Shown here piece by piece: positions 12,670 to 24,368 of a stretch of 64,000 nucleotides of DNA (position 1 is the stretch's first letter; each line of letters opens with the position of its first letter). The position numbers and the translations under genes were made by a program. The notes under the pieces are model-generated. The model was given only the letters and a program-made list of their open reading frames with translations, ran no database searches and was not told where the DNA came from. This stretch comes from Lama guanicoe (Eukaryota), in contig MU054026.1 of NCBI GenBank assembly GCA_013239625.1, positions 620,001 through 684,000 on the forward strand, read 5' to 3'.

Positions 12670-13797
12670 ATCCCTTCAGTTGTTGATTCCTTTGGCCTGT
12701 GCACTTTCATCTCTTTGAGAATCTCCTTTAAAGATAAATATGTGCATGAGTTTAGAGCCTTTTCTACCCACACTGCAGATGAATCTGCCCATAGCTTGAG
12801 GTTTGAGAGATTGTGTCAGAAAATAAGTGGCTACTCTCAACTCCAGGTTTGCAAATGATCCAGGACAAATTGGTTTTCCCTCTTGTGAAGGCGTGGATGT
12901 AACGCAGCGTGAAGAATGATGGGGTTCAATCTAGTGTAAAACCAGCTTGGGCAACTGGGCCTGGTGCTCTGTTACCAGGAAAAAAATCCTGTCCATCCTG
13001 ATGGTTAAATTAAAATGAAGGCCCACATTGTCACATTGGTGAAACAATTTATCTGCCTGCTCCCTGTCGTTCTCCACAAGTGCTGGAGTGGGGGATGGAC
13101 TGGGAAGCAGATATTTGAAAAGAAAGATACAAATGCAATTTTCTTCTAGCATCAAAGTTTCATTGCAAGTCTCCCAAGAATAAGGATTATTCCTGCTGGA
13201 GCCAGAAGCCCAATTATCATTTCTAGAAAACAGGAACAGAAGGGCTCAAATCACAGGGCTTTTCCAAACACACCCTGTTTAATTCATCTTGCATTCTCTT
13301 TTCTCAAGTTTTTCCCATTATCAACATCAAACACAGATATTGAGGGCCTGAGAGTACTTGACTTGGCCCACAAGGGTCTGGGAATTTAAAAAAAAAAATA
13401 ATGGACTAGCTGGTTGCACATTTAAACAATGCTTCATTAGTACTCAGATGCTGTATATTGTTCATAGCGCTTCCAAACGCATCCCGTCGTGTGTCCCTCC
13501 CAGCTGCTCCCGGCGCCCTGTGAGTTAGCCAGGACGGGAAAGAGATGGCAGAGTGTGGACACCGGGCAGAGATCACCGTTCTCTCTCCACCCCCACCTCT
13601 TCTTACTGTTGTAGAGCCTGGGACGGAGACGGGCAATGACCTGCCTGGAGTCCCACAGACAGGACCGGAATCCCACCTCCCAGCTCTCAGCCCAGGCTGT
13701 TGCCAACGAAAACTGATAGATCCACGAGCAGAAGAACAGGTAGGCAACCAATGCGTGTAAATAAATTATGCCGATTTGTGGTTAAGGGGAAGAGCAA

Positions 13798-14168
13798 CAG
13801 TCTTAGTTCAGAAATCCCATAGACTTTATGGTTTAAACAGCAAACATTTATTTCTCACAGTTCTGGAGACTGGGAAGTCTAAGATTAAGGCAGCGGCAGA
13901 TCCAGTGTCTGGTGAGGGACCATTTCTTGTCTTACAGAAGGCTGTCTGCTCATTGTCTCCACACGTGATGGAAAGCAGAGAGGGGAAACAGCTCTCTCGT
14001 GACTCTTATAAAGACATTAATCCTATTCATGAAGGCTCTCTTCTCATGACCTCATCTAATCTCAGTTAACACCCCTGGGCCCCATCTCTTAATTTCACCA
14101 CACTTGGGGGTAAGGTTTCAACACTGAATGGGGAGGAGGGGCACTAAACAAATGTTTAGTCCATAACC
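13798..14168 (-). mobile_element. MaLR solo LTR (MLT1A-like)
   Basis: cagcaaacatttatttctcacagttctggagactgggaagtctaagattaagg...tttagtccataac. Confidence 0.85.
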
Positions 14169-14782
14169 GGAAGCTTCAGATTCTCAGACAAGAAAGGTGA
14201 GGGTGGGAAGGTTGTTTTATATTTTGAAAAGAAAATTCGCCAGATTTTAATTCACACTCCTCCCTCACTGGAGAGAAGAAAAAAAAAAAAGCATTTCATC
14301 CTGTGTTTTAAAATATCTATCCCCAGTGCATAAGGATGTGCGTGGCTGTGGGAGGTGGGTTCATGTGAATGCCCACTGATCGCACATCCACAAGGTTGCT
14401 AGGTAACTGAGGAGGTCTTTGATGCTATAATGACTCTATTTAAGGTAGCTAGAGACACCACTTCCTGGCTCTCCTAAAAGTTTAGGAAAAACAAGGTGTC
14501 ATATCGTCCTTGGATTCTCTTCCATTCATCCTATCCATGATCACTTTTCAGTGCAGTCTCTGGGTTTCCCCCTTGGAAGACAACACACACCCCACGGGGA
14601 ACCATGAGGTCTGCAGTGAATTGAATTATCTTACTGGCCACTTGCCAGATCTGTAAACTTATGCAAGATACTGTCCCAGTGAGCCTTATGTTTCCACCTA
14701 GAAATTTTAGAAATTTCCTTCTAGAAATTTCCATCTAGAAATTTCCTCATTGGGTGGCTTTGAAGAGTACATTTGCTAGGTA

Positions 14783-15150
14783 TGTGTAGTGGACATTTGT
14801 CATATTTTCTGGCTTCCCAGAATTTTTAAAACTTTTACCGTGTCTGGGGAATGTTCAGCCTTCCGAGTCCTTTCTCCCACAGGAGAAGTTAAGAACTCAT
14901 ATCCCAGTCTTCGTGGAAGCAAAATCCCGAGCTCCATCAATTAAGTGTATTCCTGAGAATGATTTAGAAAGGAGTAACTTGAGGAAAAGGTTAGAGGTGG
15001 AGTCTATTATTTGTTGGCAAGATTGGTTACTGAGCCTGTCTTTGTGGGTCACAGTGATTGTAAAGTCAAATTTTGATATTGGTGTTGGTTACATTTGTGG
15101 TTCCTGATGTTTCTTATCAGCTAACATATTGGTTACCCTAATCTACTGTC
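14783..15150 (+). mobile_element. Old ERVL-class LTR remnant
   Basis: The start tgtgtagtggacatttgtcatattttctggcttcccag resembles LTR33/LTR50-type elements. Confidence 0.4.
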
Positions 15151-15212
15151 TTTTTAAGTCTGGGTTGAGTTATATTTTTCAGTCTCTTTTCTCCCTAAAG
15201 AAATAGATATAT

Positions 15213-15214
<2 letters not shown>

Positions 15215-15246
<32 letters not shown>
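15215..15246. repeat. (TG)n microsatellite
   Basis: Perfect gt dinucleotide run. Confidence 0.97.
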
Positions 15247-15248
<2 letters not shown>

Positions 15249-15794
15249 CCTTCTTGAGGCCAAAACCCAGTCCATTTGGGTTTATTTCAAAGATAGTATG
15301 ATATTGGCTAATTTTATTGTTTGCTTCTACCCAAAAGGATCCTTGAGAGTCCTTGACATGCACTGACTGCCTCTGTGGACTTGGCTGTTTGGGTTATCAT
15401 TTTCCTAATCCCTGCAAATTGACTTTTGGTCTTCTTTTCCACCCTGGCTTTCCAGGTTTGGAGGCTTTTCTTCTAGAATAATTAGTGCCTATATTCTAAT
15501 TTGGATCCTTGAATCCATCATTTCACTAAAAGTTCTTAAGGTGTTTTACAGCTCTAGTGTCAGGACAGTTTCAATTCTCTGGTTCCATCTGCATGGACTT
15601 CAATCTAATTGGGGAAGATCATCTGCTTATCTTGGGGGCCCTTGATTCAAGTCTATAGTGGTGGTCTCTAGAGGGGATGTGTGCCTTTGGAGACTGCTGT
15701 GACAATCAAAGCAGTTCAGATCCCCCTTGGATGTGAGACAAATGCTTCCCTGGCCACCAGCTTGGTGCCACTCAAGGAGGTGTAGGTCACAGAT

Positions 15795-16200
15795 CATTCA
15801 ATTTTAGCACCTTTTCATATGCCAGACACTAGAAGTGCAAGATGATAATGTGCAGTGTCTGTTGCCTGCCCTCAAAGAGACCATGGTCTCAAAGGAGAGA
15901 CATATAACTAAAATGATATGGCAGTGATAAGGATGCACTCAGGTCTGGTCCCAGTATGCAGGGGTGGGATGATGTAAGTAAAGGATCTCTGAAGATAGTC
16001 TGTGAATGGAAGCTTAAAAAAGACATAGACATTTGCCGGAAGAAGAAGGGTAGCAAAGATATGACAGGGAGGTAGAGTTGGAGAGACCAGTGTGACTCAA
16101 GATGCAGAGATAAAAAGTGACCTGGTTAGTTAGGAAACTATAAACAGCGCTCAGGATTAAGGCAGAAGTCAGGGAGTGGTCACACGGGCTAGGGAGTTGA
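15795..16200 (-). mobile_element. L2 fragment
   Basis: cattcaattttagcacc...tgccagacac...cctgccctcaaagag. Confidence 0.6.
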
Positions 16201-16215
16201 TGGGGAAAATGACAG

Positions 16216-17215
16216 TGTATAGGAAGAAAGAATTTTCCCCTACCTGGTCCTCTTCAGGTTCCTAAGTCTGACAATTAAACTGACAAAGACGGATTACAAA
16301 GAGAAAAGCATACAAATGTATTTAATACAAGTTTTACATGACCCAAAGGTCTTTGTAAGGAAACAAAGATCCAAAGAAATGATTCAAGATGAGTGTTTTT
16401 ATGTTAGATTTGACAAAGAGTGGAAAGTTGTAGGAAAATATGATAGGGCAAAGAGTATGGGCGAAGTGTAATTAACTGAGGGAAACTGAGCAAGGCTTGT
16501 TATTTCAGATTCCTCTCTGTGCCCCTTTGTCTTCAGAGATAAGCACTGACTGAGAAAACAAAAACAAAAGCAAAAGCAAAAGCAAAAGCAAAAGCAAAAT
16601 CACACAACTGAAAAGTTGAGACTTGTTTTATTTGGGAACCTGACTGTAGGACTATAGTCCGGGAAGGCAGAATTACAGATAGCTGTGAGGAACCGTTCCT
16701 CCAGGAAAGGGAGGAGTCAGGATATATAGGATGTTTTTGCTGAAAAAAGCCCCATCTCATCAAACATTAAACGATTACCACTAGCTACAAAAAACCCAGA
16801 CATCTCAAGTTAATGATTTTAGCCCTTTTCTATATCTGGGAAGATGCAAAGGTCTGGGGTCATTGAAATTATTCCCTTGATATGCATCTTCATTATCTAG
16901 GACCGACATCCTGTTTTTCTCCATCCTGACTCCCCTCAGGAGTGGCTACAGTGGCTACAGTGGCTAATGGCTTGATGGCGGGCAACATTCGCTGTTTGCT
17001 GAAGTGGGAGGCTGAATATTTTTGTCCACGTAAAGACGTTCTTTTCCTCCAGGTAGAGGGAGGGAGGGTAATTCTCACTTGAGGGTTTTATGACCTGCTT
17101 CAGGGGAAGGTCAGAAAGTTCTTCCTGCACACGCCATTTCTCAAATTCCTTAAGCCTGAAATATTCTGCATGCCGAAGTGCCATAGTTGAGGGTAGCATC
17201 TCCTGAGCTCTGTCG
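16216..17215 (-). mobile_element. ERV1-class solo LTR with a second LTR nested at about 16547-17028
   Basis: Host LTR tgtataggaag...cttcagagataag resumes at gacgttcttttcctccagg...tcctgagctctgtc. Nested element runs tgactgagaaaac(gcaaaa)n...tttttgtcca. Confidence 0.7.
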
Positions 17216-18899
17216 GGAGAGAGGGTCTTGTACCTGACGGTGGGCGCTGATGCCCTGCTATGACTACAGGCCTGAGTAACAGGCCAGGTTAGGGTGGACA
17301 GGGCACGGTGGTGGGCAGAGTTAAGGGAAAGCAACCACAGCCTATTTCTTGCCCCTGTAGAGACCAGCCTTGTTGAGAGTAACTTGTTTTCAGTTCCACA
17401 GGTACTTCTCCAGACCTGGCTTCCTGAGGACACTTCCCTTCCTCCAGCAGGTATGACTGATTATTCACACCACCCTTCTCTCTCTACTGAGATAAGACAC
17501 CCACAGGCATAACCCACATCCAAGTCTGCAGCCTGTTCGTGTTAACTTGCCTTCTTTACCTGAGTAATTTTTCTCTTGTATTCTTTCACTCTGAGAATGC
17601 AAACAGTCCTCACCATCTTAGTTCTACAGCTACATCAGCCACTTTCCCTGCAATCCATGCTCTGATCCCCACCCTTGAGAGCCAGCCTCCCAGTGATTTT
17701 TTTTGTTGGATTCTCTTATGACTGGATTGAGAATCTCCTAATATGTCACAGATCATCCCCCATCTAGGGGTTTCTCTACAATTTATGAAACCTTCTGGGT
17801 TTTTACATTTTAGTAGGATCTGGGTAATCAAGTTTAAGCCTCAGGCTTTCAAGATTTCCAGGGTGAAATTGAGCTTTGCAATTACAAGTGTGCTTTGACG
17901 CTTGAGTGAGTTCTGACTGCAGGGACGCCTTTGAAAAGAGATGGGGCTCATTCTAATTGATAGATGGGGTGGGGTTTCTTAGCAAACCGCTTCCTTCAGA
18001 TGTTAGTAGAAGAATATCTACGTTCAGGGAATCACTGCTGGTAGTTGAGGGAATCAGACCTGCAACTAGGTGAGCAGTGAACAAACGAACTCCTGAATGA
18101 CAGCAGCGAACAGCCTGTGGCCTCAGTATTCATACTGTGTGACCGTGATCACCAACGCTCTCTCTTCTATTTGAAAACAGAGGAAACTATTATCAGGGGA
18201 TAAAACTGGATTCAGTCGCAAGCCTCTACAAAGCCCATGATTTTCTGAACTGAGTATTTTTCTAAGGGTAATGAGAGAAATAAACACAGCCAAGTACTTT
18301 CACAGAGTTTTTTTTTTTACTTTGATACTTTTTTTTTGGAAAGCAGATCTCACAGAAAAATCCAGTAAAATGGATATTGCTTAAGGGGAAAATACCAGTA
18401 AAGCCCCTTAACCCTAAACTCTTCACTTTCGGCTTAAAATTGATCAATCTTTTCTGATGGTTTCTCTCATTTGTTCCACATTCCTCAGGTTTCAGAACTA
18501 GAAAGATTATTTAGTAATGACATTTAATTGGCATTTTAAATAGTGGCTTCATTGTATAGGTCAAGATATTTTATCGCGGCTGTTATTTGGAAGCAGGCAA
18601 AGGCAAATACCATCCCAAACTTGTGAGAGAGTTGATCTGAGAACTCTTTGTGTCCAAACAGCCTTTCTATAACAGCATGAGTCACCATCCCCTTCTCTCT
18701 GTGACAATAAATGGTTTTGTACAAATGTTAGGCCCCCAGTGGTTCAAGGTTCCCTTCGGTTCTTTCAGTTAGACTCTCCTTTCTAAGACCATCTTGCATA
18801 TTAATAGTAAGTATTCCCAGACACCAGGAGGATATAGCATATAAAGATATACTCTTTACAGTCATAAACTCATTAAATTTTCATCCTGAGCACAATTAC

Positions 18900-19360
18900 A
18901 GTTACACGATTACAGAGACAGGTGGGAAGGGGGCAGGGAACAACCAGTAAAAGAACAACACAGCAATTGGGGACAAGATGTAAACTGGCTAGAACCAGCT
19001 AAGCCCACGATGGAGGAAGATTCTATTTCCAGTAGAGCTCGAGTTTCATGGCACACCCATAGGTGCCATGACAGTTCCCGTGCAGTCCAAAAAGTGGGCT
19101 GGGCCCAATTCCTGGCAATCCCCGAAATTTCCCTATGAGCTGTTGGAATAATCCACTGATTAGCATAAGAAATCACCCAGCCCATGAAACCCAACCACCC
19201 CTGTGCCTCGCGGCCACTCTCCTTTCTGAGTGAGACGGACCACACTCTGTCTATGGAGTGTGTATCTCCCTGAATAAACGTACTTTCACTTTACTATGCC
19301 TCATTCTTGAATTCTCGAATTTTTTTCCTGCATGAGACAAGAACCTATTCTTTGGCAACA
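18900..19360 (+). mobile_element. ERV1-class solo LTR inserted in a MIR
   Basis: gagacaggtgggaagggggcaggg start, aataaa near 19273, ends ggcaaca; 4-bp TSD ttac on both sides; MIR continues at 19365-19460. Confidence 0.8.
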
Positions 19361-19699
19361 TTACAGTAGCAATCTCACATATGAAAACACTGAGGCTCGG
19401 GGATGCTAATAACTTTGCGCAAGGTCAGCCATCTAGTATGGGGTGGAGCTAGGATTCATTGCAGTCCTCACGGACACGACAGGCTCTTAATTCATAGAAC
19501 ACAATGCTTTTCTCTATCAGTGTGTTAGTCTTTGCTACTGTGAGTTTTGCCTGATTTTTCTCAGTTAATTGAAGTTGATAGTCACAGTGAGTACCTCCAA
19601 AATCTATGTGTTTAATAACAGGTTCTAGATTTTTGCCAGCAATGGACATTAAGCTTCCTGAAAGCAACTGGTTAATACTCTTTCCATGTTTTCTCTCCT

Positions 19700-19835
19700 G
19701 GGGCAGGAGAGGATATAGCTCTGTGGTAGAGTGCATTCTTAGCATGTACAAGGTCCTGGGTTCAATATCTACTACCTTTCTTAAAAAGTAAATAAATAAA
19801 AATATTGAACCTAATTATCTCCCCCACCAAAAAAT
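19700..19835 (+). mobile_element. tRNA-derived SINE (Vic-1-like)
   Basis: ggatatagctctgtggtagagtgcattcttagcatgtacaaggtcctgggttcaat...aacctaattatctccccc; flanking repeat atgttttct(c/g)tcct. Confidence 0.88.
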
Positions 19836-20879
19836 TTATTTACTATGTTTTCTGTCCTGGGCTTCATTTACTGTTTAGTGAGCGCCCTGCACATTGTTGT
19901 TAGGACATAATGTTCTTTACAGGAAAAAAACCTGCAAAAAAGGTGTGGCGTTCCCCGTTATTTACCCACGTTACCTGATCATGGGTGGCTCCTGATATCC
20001 AAGACTGTGGCATTCCCAGGTTTCAACAGGAACATCACAAGGATTTCTCCGTAATTGTCCCACTGACATTTGGTTTGACAAATCTGCTCAAGTTTATATG
20101 TAGTCTGAGCACCAAGAATGAAGTAAACATGGAAGTAGCACAATGAATAACTGGTATACAAGAAATTTATTTAAAAACAAACATAAGCCTGAATTTCATT
20201 CTTTCTCCAAAGGAGCCCTTCTGGAACTCAGACCGAAGCCTTTATCTTCTGAGCATACTTGTGTTACTAAGGAATGAATGCACCATTCAGTGGAATGCAT
20301 TTAATTTATTTTTCCCCTTCATGTTTGAAACACAGGTTGGAAAGGGTGATTGTCACGAGAGGACTTTTAGTCCCAGGCCATTGTCTGTGCATTCATCTCA
20401 GGAAAGTGATGGGTCATGGGAAGTAATCTGATTTGTCTGTGGGATAAGTTCCAGTGGGAATTCACAAAGCAATTCACGAAGAAACGCTCAGGAAGACCTA
20501 TTTACACCAACTTTGAGTACATACTTATTCTTTTAATTTTTGCCAGCTGCTCTTTTGTGAAGCCAGCCTTGTTCTCAAAGAGCTTATTATTAAAACTGTG
20601 CTAAATACAGCCTGGCATTCACCATCCGTTAGGAGACGGCTCACTGCTGGTGTGTTTATAAACTACTTCATATATTCTTCATCTCCTTATATTTTAGGAA
20701 TAATGTAGATATACCTTTTCTTGATTATTTTTATTGAAACATATTGGGTGACAATATGGCATTCTGCTTGGTCAACATGTGGTGTAAAGAATCAGGAGGG
20801 AAAATATGTAAGTTGTTCCTGGTGAGTGGTGTAGAGATTTTAACAATTTGTAAGCAACAACCAAACTGATTTAAAAATT

Positions 20880-21430
20880 CCTTTTAAATTTACTTTTTTT
20901 TTTTGTGGGGGAAGGTGATCAGGTTTATTAATTAATTCTTATTATTATTTTAAAATGTATTTTTATTGAAGTACAATCAGTTTACAATGTTGTATCAACT
21001 TCTGGTGCACAGCACAATACTTCAGTCATATAGAAACATGTATATTTTTGTTTTCATATTCTTTTTAAGTATAATTTGCTACAAGATATTGAATATAGTT
21101 CCTTGTGCTATACAGTATAAACTTGTTGTTTATTTATTTTATATGTGGTTGTTAATATGTGAAAATCTTGAGCTCCCAATTTATCCTTTCCCCCCAGTAA
21201 CCATAAGTTTGTTTTCTATATCTGTAAGTCTGTTTCCGTTTTGTAAACAAGTTTGTTTGTTAGTTTTTTAGATCCCACATATAAGTGATATCATATGGTA
21301 TATTTTTTTCCTCTTTCTGGCTTACTTTGCTTAGAATGACATTCTCCAGGTATGGCGGTACTGGGGATTGAACCCAGGACTTTGTGCGTGCTAGACAAGC
21401 AGTCTACCACTGAGCTATACTCTTCCCCCT
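20880..21430 (-). mobile_element. Vic-1-like SINE split by an L1 3' end (about 20945-21350)
   Basis: SINE head 21352-21429, SINE tail 20893-20935, L1 3'UTR between them; outer TSD caacaaccaaactgatt (20855-20871) / caacagccaaattgatt (21434-21450). Confidence 0.88.
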
Positions 21431-21920
21431 CCTCAACAGCCAAATTGATTGACTATCCCTATGTCCTCACAGCATTTGAGAATTTGTGTGAGGTGTGTGG
21501 GTTCTAGGGACCTTTGGAATCCACTCATATGATGTTCAGCTATCAGTCTGATGAAAACTCTAGTCAACGATATCTATATATTTTATTATTTTAACAAAAA
21601 ATATTATGAATAGTCAGCTTTCATTTTTTCCAGGAATGTGTTTACAAAAATGAATATTCCACTCACATGTGTATTCTGCTTAATCAGAATTAACCATTTT
21701 ATATTTAGATGATCAGTTTCTAAAGAACTGGGGTACAATGAAATCAATATCCACTGAAATGCTGTGGATTATCATTGACAGCATCATTAACATCCTAAAG
21801 ACCTTCCAAAGCTTTCGCATCATCATTCTGAGCTTAAATTTAATTACCCAGAATCTTAGATAAAACCAAGGAAGTTATGGGAGTTGAGTTTATTTACTTA
21901 TTCTAGGGCATATCCTGGAA

Positions 21921-21922
<2 letters not shown>

Positions 21923-21959
<37 letters not shown>
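21923..21959. repeat. (TG)n microsatellite
   Basis: Perfect run. Confidence 0.97.
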
Positions 21960-21961
<2 letters not shown>

Positions 21962-22193
21962 CTCCTTCATTGTGTTCATCAACTCAGGTTTGCGATTTGT
22001 TTGTAAATGCTAAGTTGTTCAAGAACAAAATCAGATAGTGAACTCTAGTTCAGGCAGAGAGAATGGTGCGAGCATAATTCAGCTTTATCTTCAAGGTACA
22101 GGTGATCTGGAGCCCCCACAACAAAATGCAAGGAACTGTTTTCTTTGATGGTCACAAGTGCTTATGGAAGATGGTAAACATGAAGTTTTCCGA

Positions 22194-22241
22194 GTACGGA
22201 CAACAATGAAAACAATTGTACGGACAACAATGAAAACAATT
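22194..22241. repeat. Exact 24-bp tandem duplication
   Basis: gtacggacaacaatgaaaacaatt present twice. Confidence 0.95.
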
Positions 22242-22959
22242 GTTGCTGTTTTATGCATTACCCATGAGGAAGAGAGATGTATATTGCAATAGGAATTACT
22301 TCTCCAGGCTTCCCTGGGCACGCCTCTCACAAGCCCATTTAATCAACATTCTCAGGAAATAGTACGTATTCAGATGTTCAACTTAAATATTGTCTGTATA
22401 ATGTATTCAAAAGCCTAACGTGTATTCTGAAGGGACCATTATTTGAATGATCATAAGCCACTTTATTTCTAGCAATAGTAATACCTCACTTTACCTTTAG
22501 AAACATTTTCCCATCCTGGCTCTCATTAGGTTTTCATACCTAGCTTGAGATGCTGTGGGATAGAGTTACAATCCCTGTGCACTGATGAAACAAAAAGCAT
22601 CAAAAATTGAGTCTTGGAACTCAGTACAGGCCAGAAAGAAGTGTTTGAGAATCCATCAGGTGATAAGAAGGCAGGCTGGCTAGCCACAGAGAAATAATCA
22701 TATCATTACCATTTCCTAAATAACCCAGAACAATGACATTAGGCGTTAAGATGCATTATACACATACCTTTTTCTTTAAGCTACATGTTAGGTTTTCTTT
22801 TTATTTTTCAAAACCATTTTAATGAGCAAATATTACAGACAGTATTCTCTTCATTGGAATGGTCACCACCTGTGTTGCTGTCTCAGGTGGGTGAGCCCTA
22901 ACGTGCTCATTCATTCCACCCACGAGCTCCAGCAAGGGGACACACGTCTCCACCCCTGC

Positions 22960-23275
22960 ATTGAGGTCCAGGGTCCCCATTTAAATAAAATATTTTAGAA
23001 AGAGATGTAATTACATCTCCCTGTTGGAAATAAGGGAAAGATCTTCTCACCTTCCCCTTTTGTTAGAGCATTTATTTTAAAAACTTGTAAGTTCTTTCTC
23101 TGTCTCTTTGAAATGTATGCAAGTCTTTTTAGAAATTGCACAAGCTCCTTGACAGCTTTAAACAGAGGAACGTGTTTCCTAAGGACCTGGGAGATGTCTC
23201 TGAAAAGTAAGCATCAGTGGAGAGAGTAGCTCTATTTCTCCGTTTCTGTGGGAGCCTCCCTTCAGCGGGCACCTG
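22960..23275 (+). mobile_element. ERV1-class (MER34/MER4-like) LTR fragment
   Basis: tttgttagagcatttattttaaaaacttgtaagttctttctctgtctctttgaaatgtatg...aaggacctgggag. Confidence 0.6.
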
Positions 23276-23288
23276 GCTTTTCCTTCTT

Positions 23289-23733
23289 TTTTTTTTTTTA
23301 ACATTTTTGATTGATTTATAATCATTTTACAATGTTGTGTCAAATTCCAGTGTTCAGCACAATTTTTCAGTCATTCATGGACATATACACACTCATTGTC
23401 ACATTTTTTTCTCTGTGATTTATCATAACATTTTGTGTATATTTCCCTGTGCTATACAGTGTAATCTTGTTTATCTATTCTACAATTTTGAAATCCCAGT
23501 CTATCCCTTCCCACCCTCCACCCCCCTGGTAACCACAAGTCTGTATTCTCTGTCCATGAGTCTATTATTTCTGTCCTGTATTTATGCTTTCTTTTTGTTT
23601 GTTTGTTTTTGTTTTTGTTTTTTAGATTCCACATATGAGCAATCTCATATGGTATTTTTCTTTCTCTTTCTGGCTTACTTCACTTAGAATGACATTCTCC
23701 AGGAGCATCCATGTTGCTGCAAATGGCATTATG
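23289..23733 (-). mobile_element. Young 5'-truncated L1 with perfect 15-bp TSD
   Basis: TSD tggcttttccttctt at 23274-23288 and 23734-23748; poly(T); ORF2 end IMPFAATWMLLENVILSEVSQKEKEKYHM. Confidence 0.95.
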
Positions 23734-24039
23734 TGGCTTTTCCTTCTTGGCATCCACCTCCAGGCTACTTGGCTTCTTCTGGGGTTCGCTTTGGTGTTTT
23801 CCCAACTATAGAATGACGCATTCTTCTCAATGTCTGTAGTGTCAGGGGCTGGCACTGGAGGGGGTGGGTGACAGTCCTCTATCAGGCCACTGTTGAATAC
23901 TCACCTTGACCATTCTGTGTAGGTTATCTACATGCTGTGACACATACCAGTTTATACTAATAAGTGTTAATGTAATTTGCCACTTTGAGCTCTTTTATTA
24001 TATAAGGAATTGGAATAATTTTACATACACAATTTTATT

Positions 24040-24170
24040 TGACTCCTAAAGCCATATGAGATTGGTACTATTTACATTTCTATTATTCAGAAAAGAAAAC
24101 TGAGGGTTAGAAAGTTGAGAAGCTTGTCCATGGTCACATGGTGGAACACCCTCCCTTGACTCTAGACCTT
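24040..24170 (-). mobile_element. MIR SINE
   Basis: aagaaaactgagggttagaaagttgagaagcttgtccatggtcaca. Confidence 0.7.
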
Positions 24171-24368
24171 TTAGCCGTGTTGCCAGACTACTATAAAGTG
24201 GATAGAGTTTCTATTTGGTTACTCATCTTGTTTTAAGTGGATTCAAAATAGCATTGTTAGCCTTTCATGAACCAAGAAACTGAATCAGTGCTGCATGGTA
24301 ATTAAGAGCATAAATTCCTTGTTTGCAGACCTGTGTTGGTTACTGGTTGGTTCTATGCTGCGGTGCTA

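Noticed and set aside
19700..19775. tRNA genes at 19700, 12600 and 21360
   Set aside because: These are SINE heads with A/B boxes followed by SINE tails, not intact cloverleaves.
24180..24334. Continuation of the viral insert into X/P, and a TSD or poly(A) for the EBLN
   Set aside because: Only faint similarity; no convincing motif, tail or flanking direct repeat.
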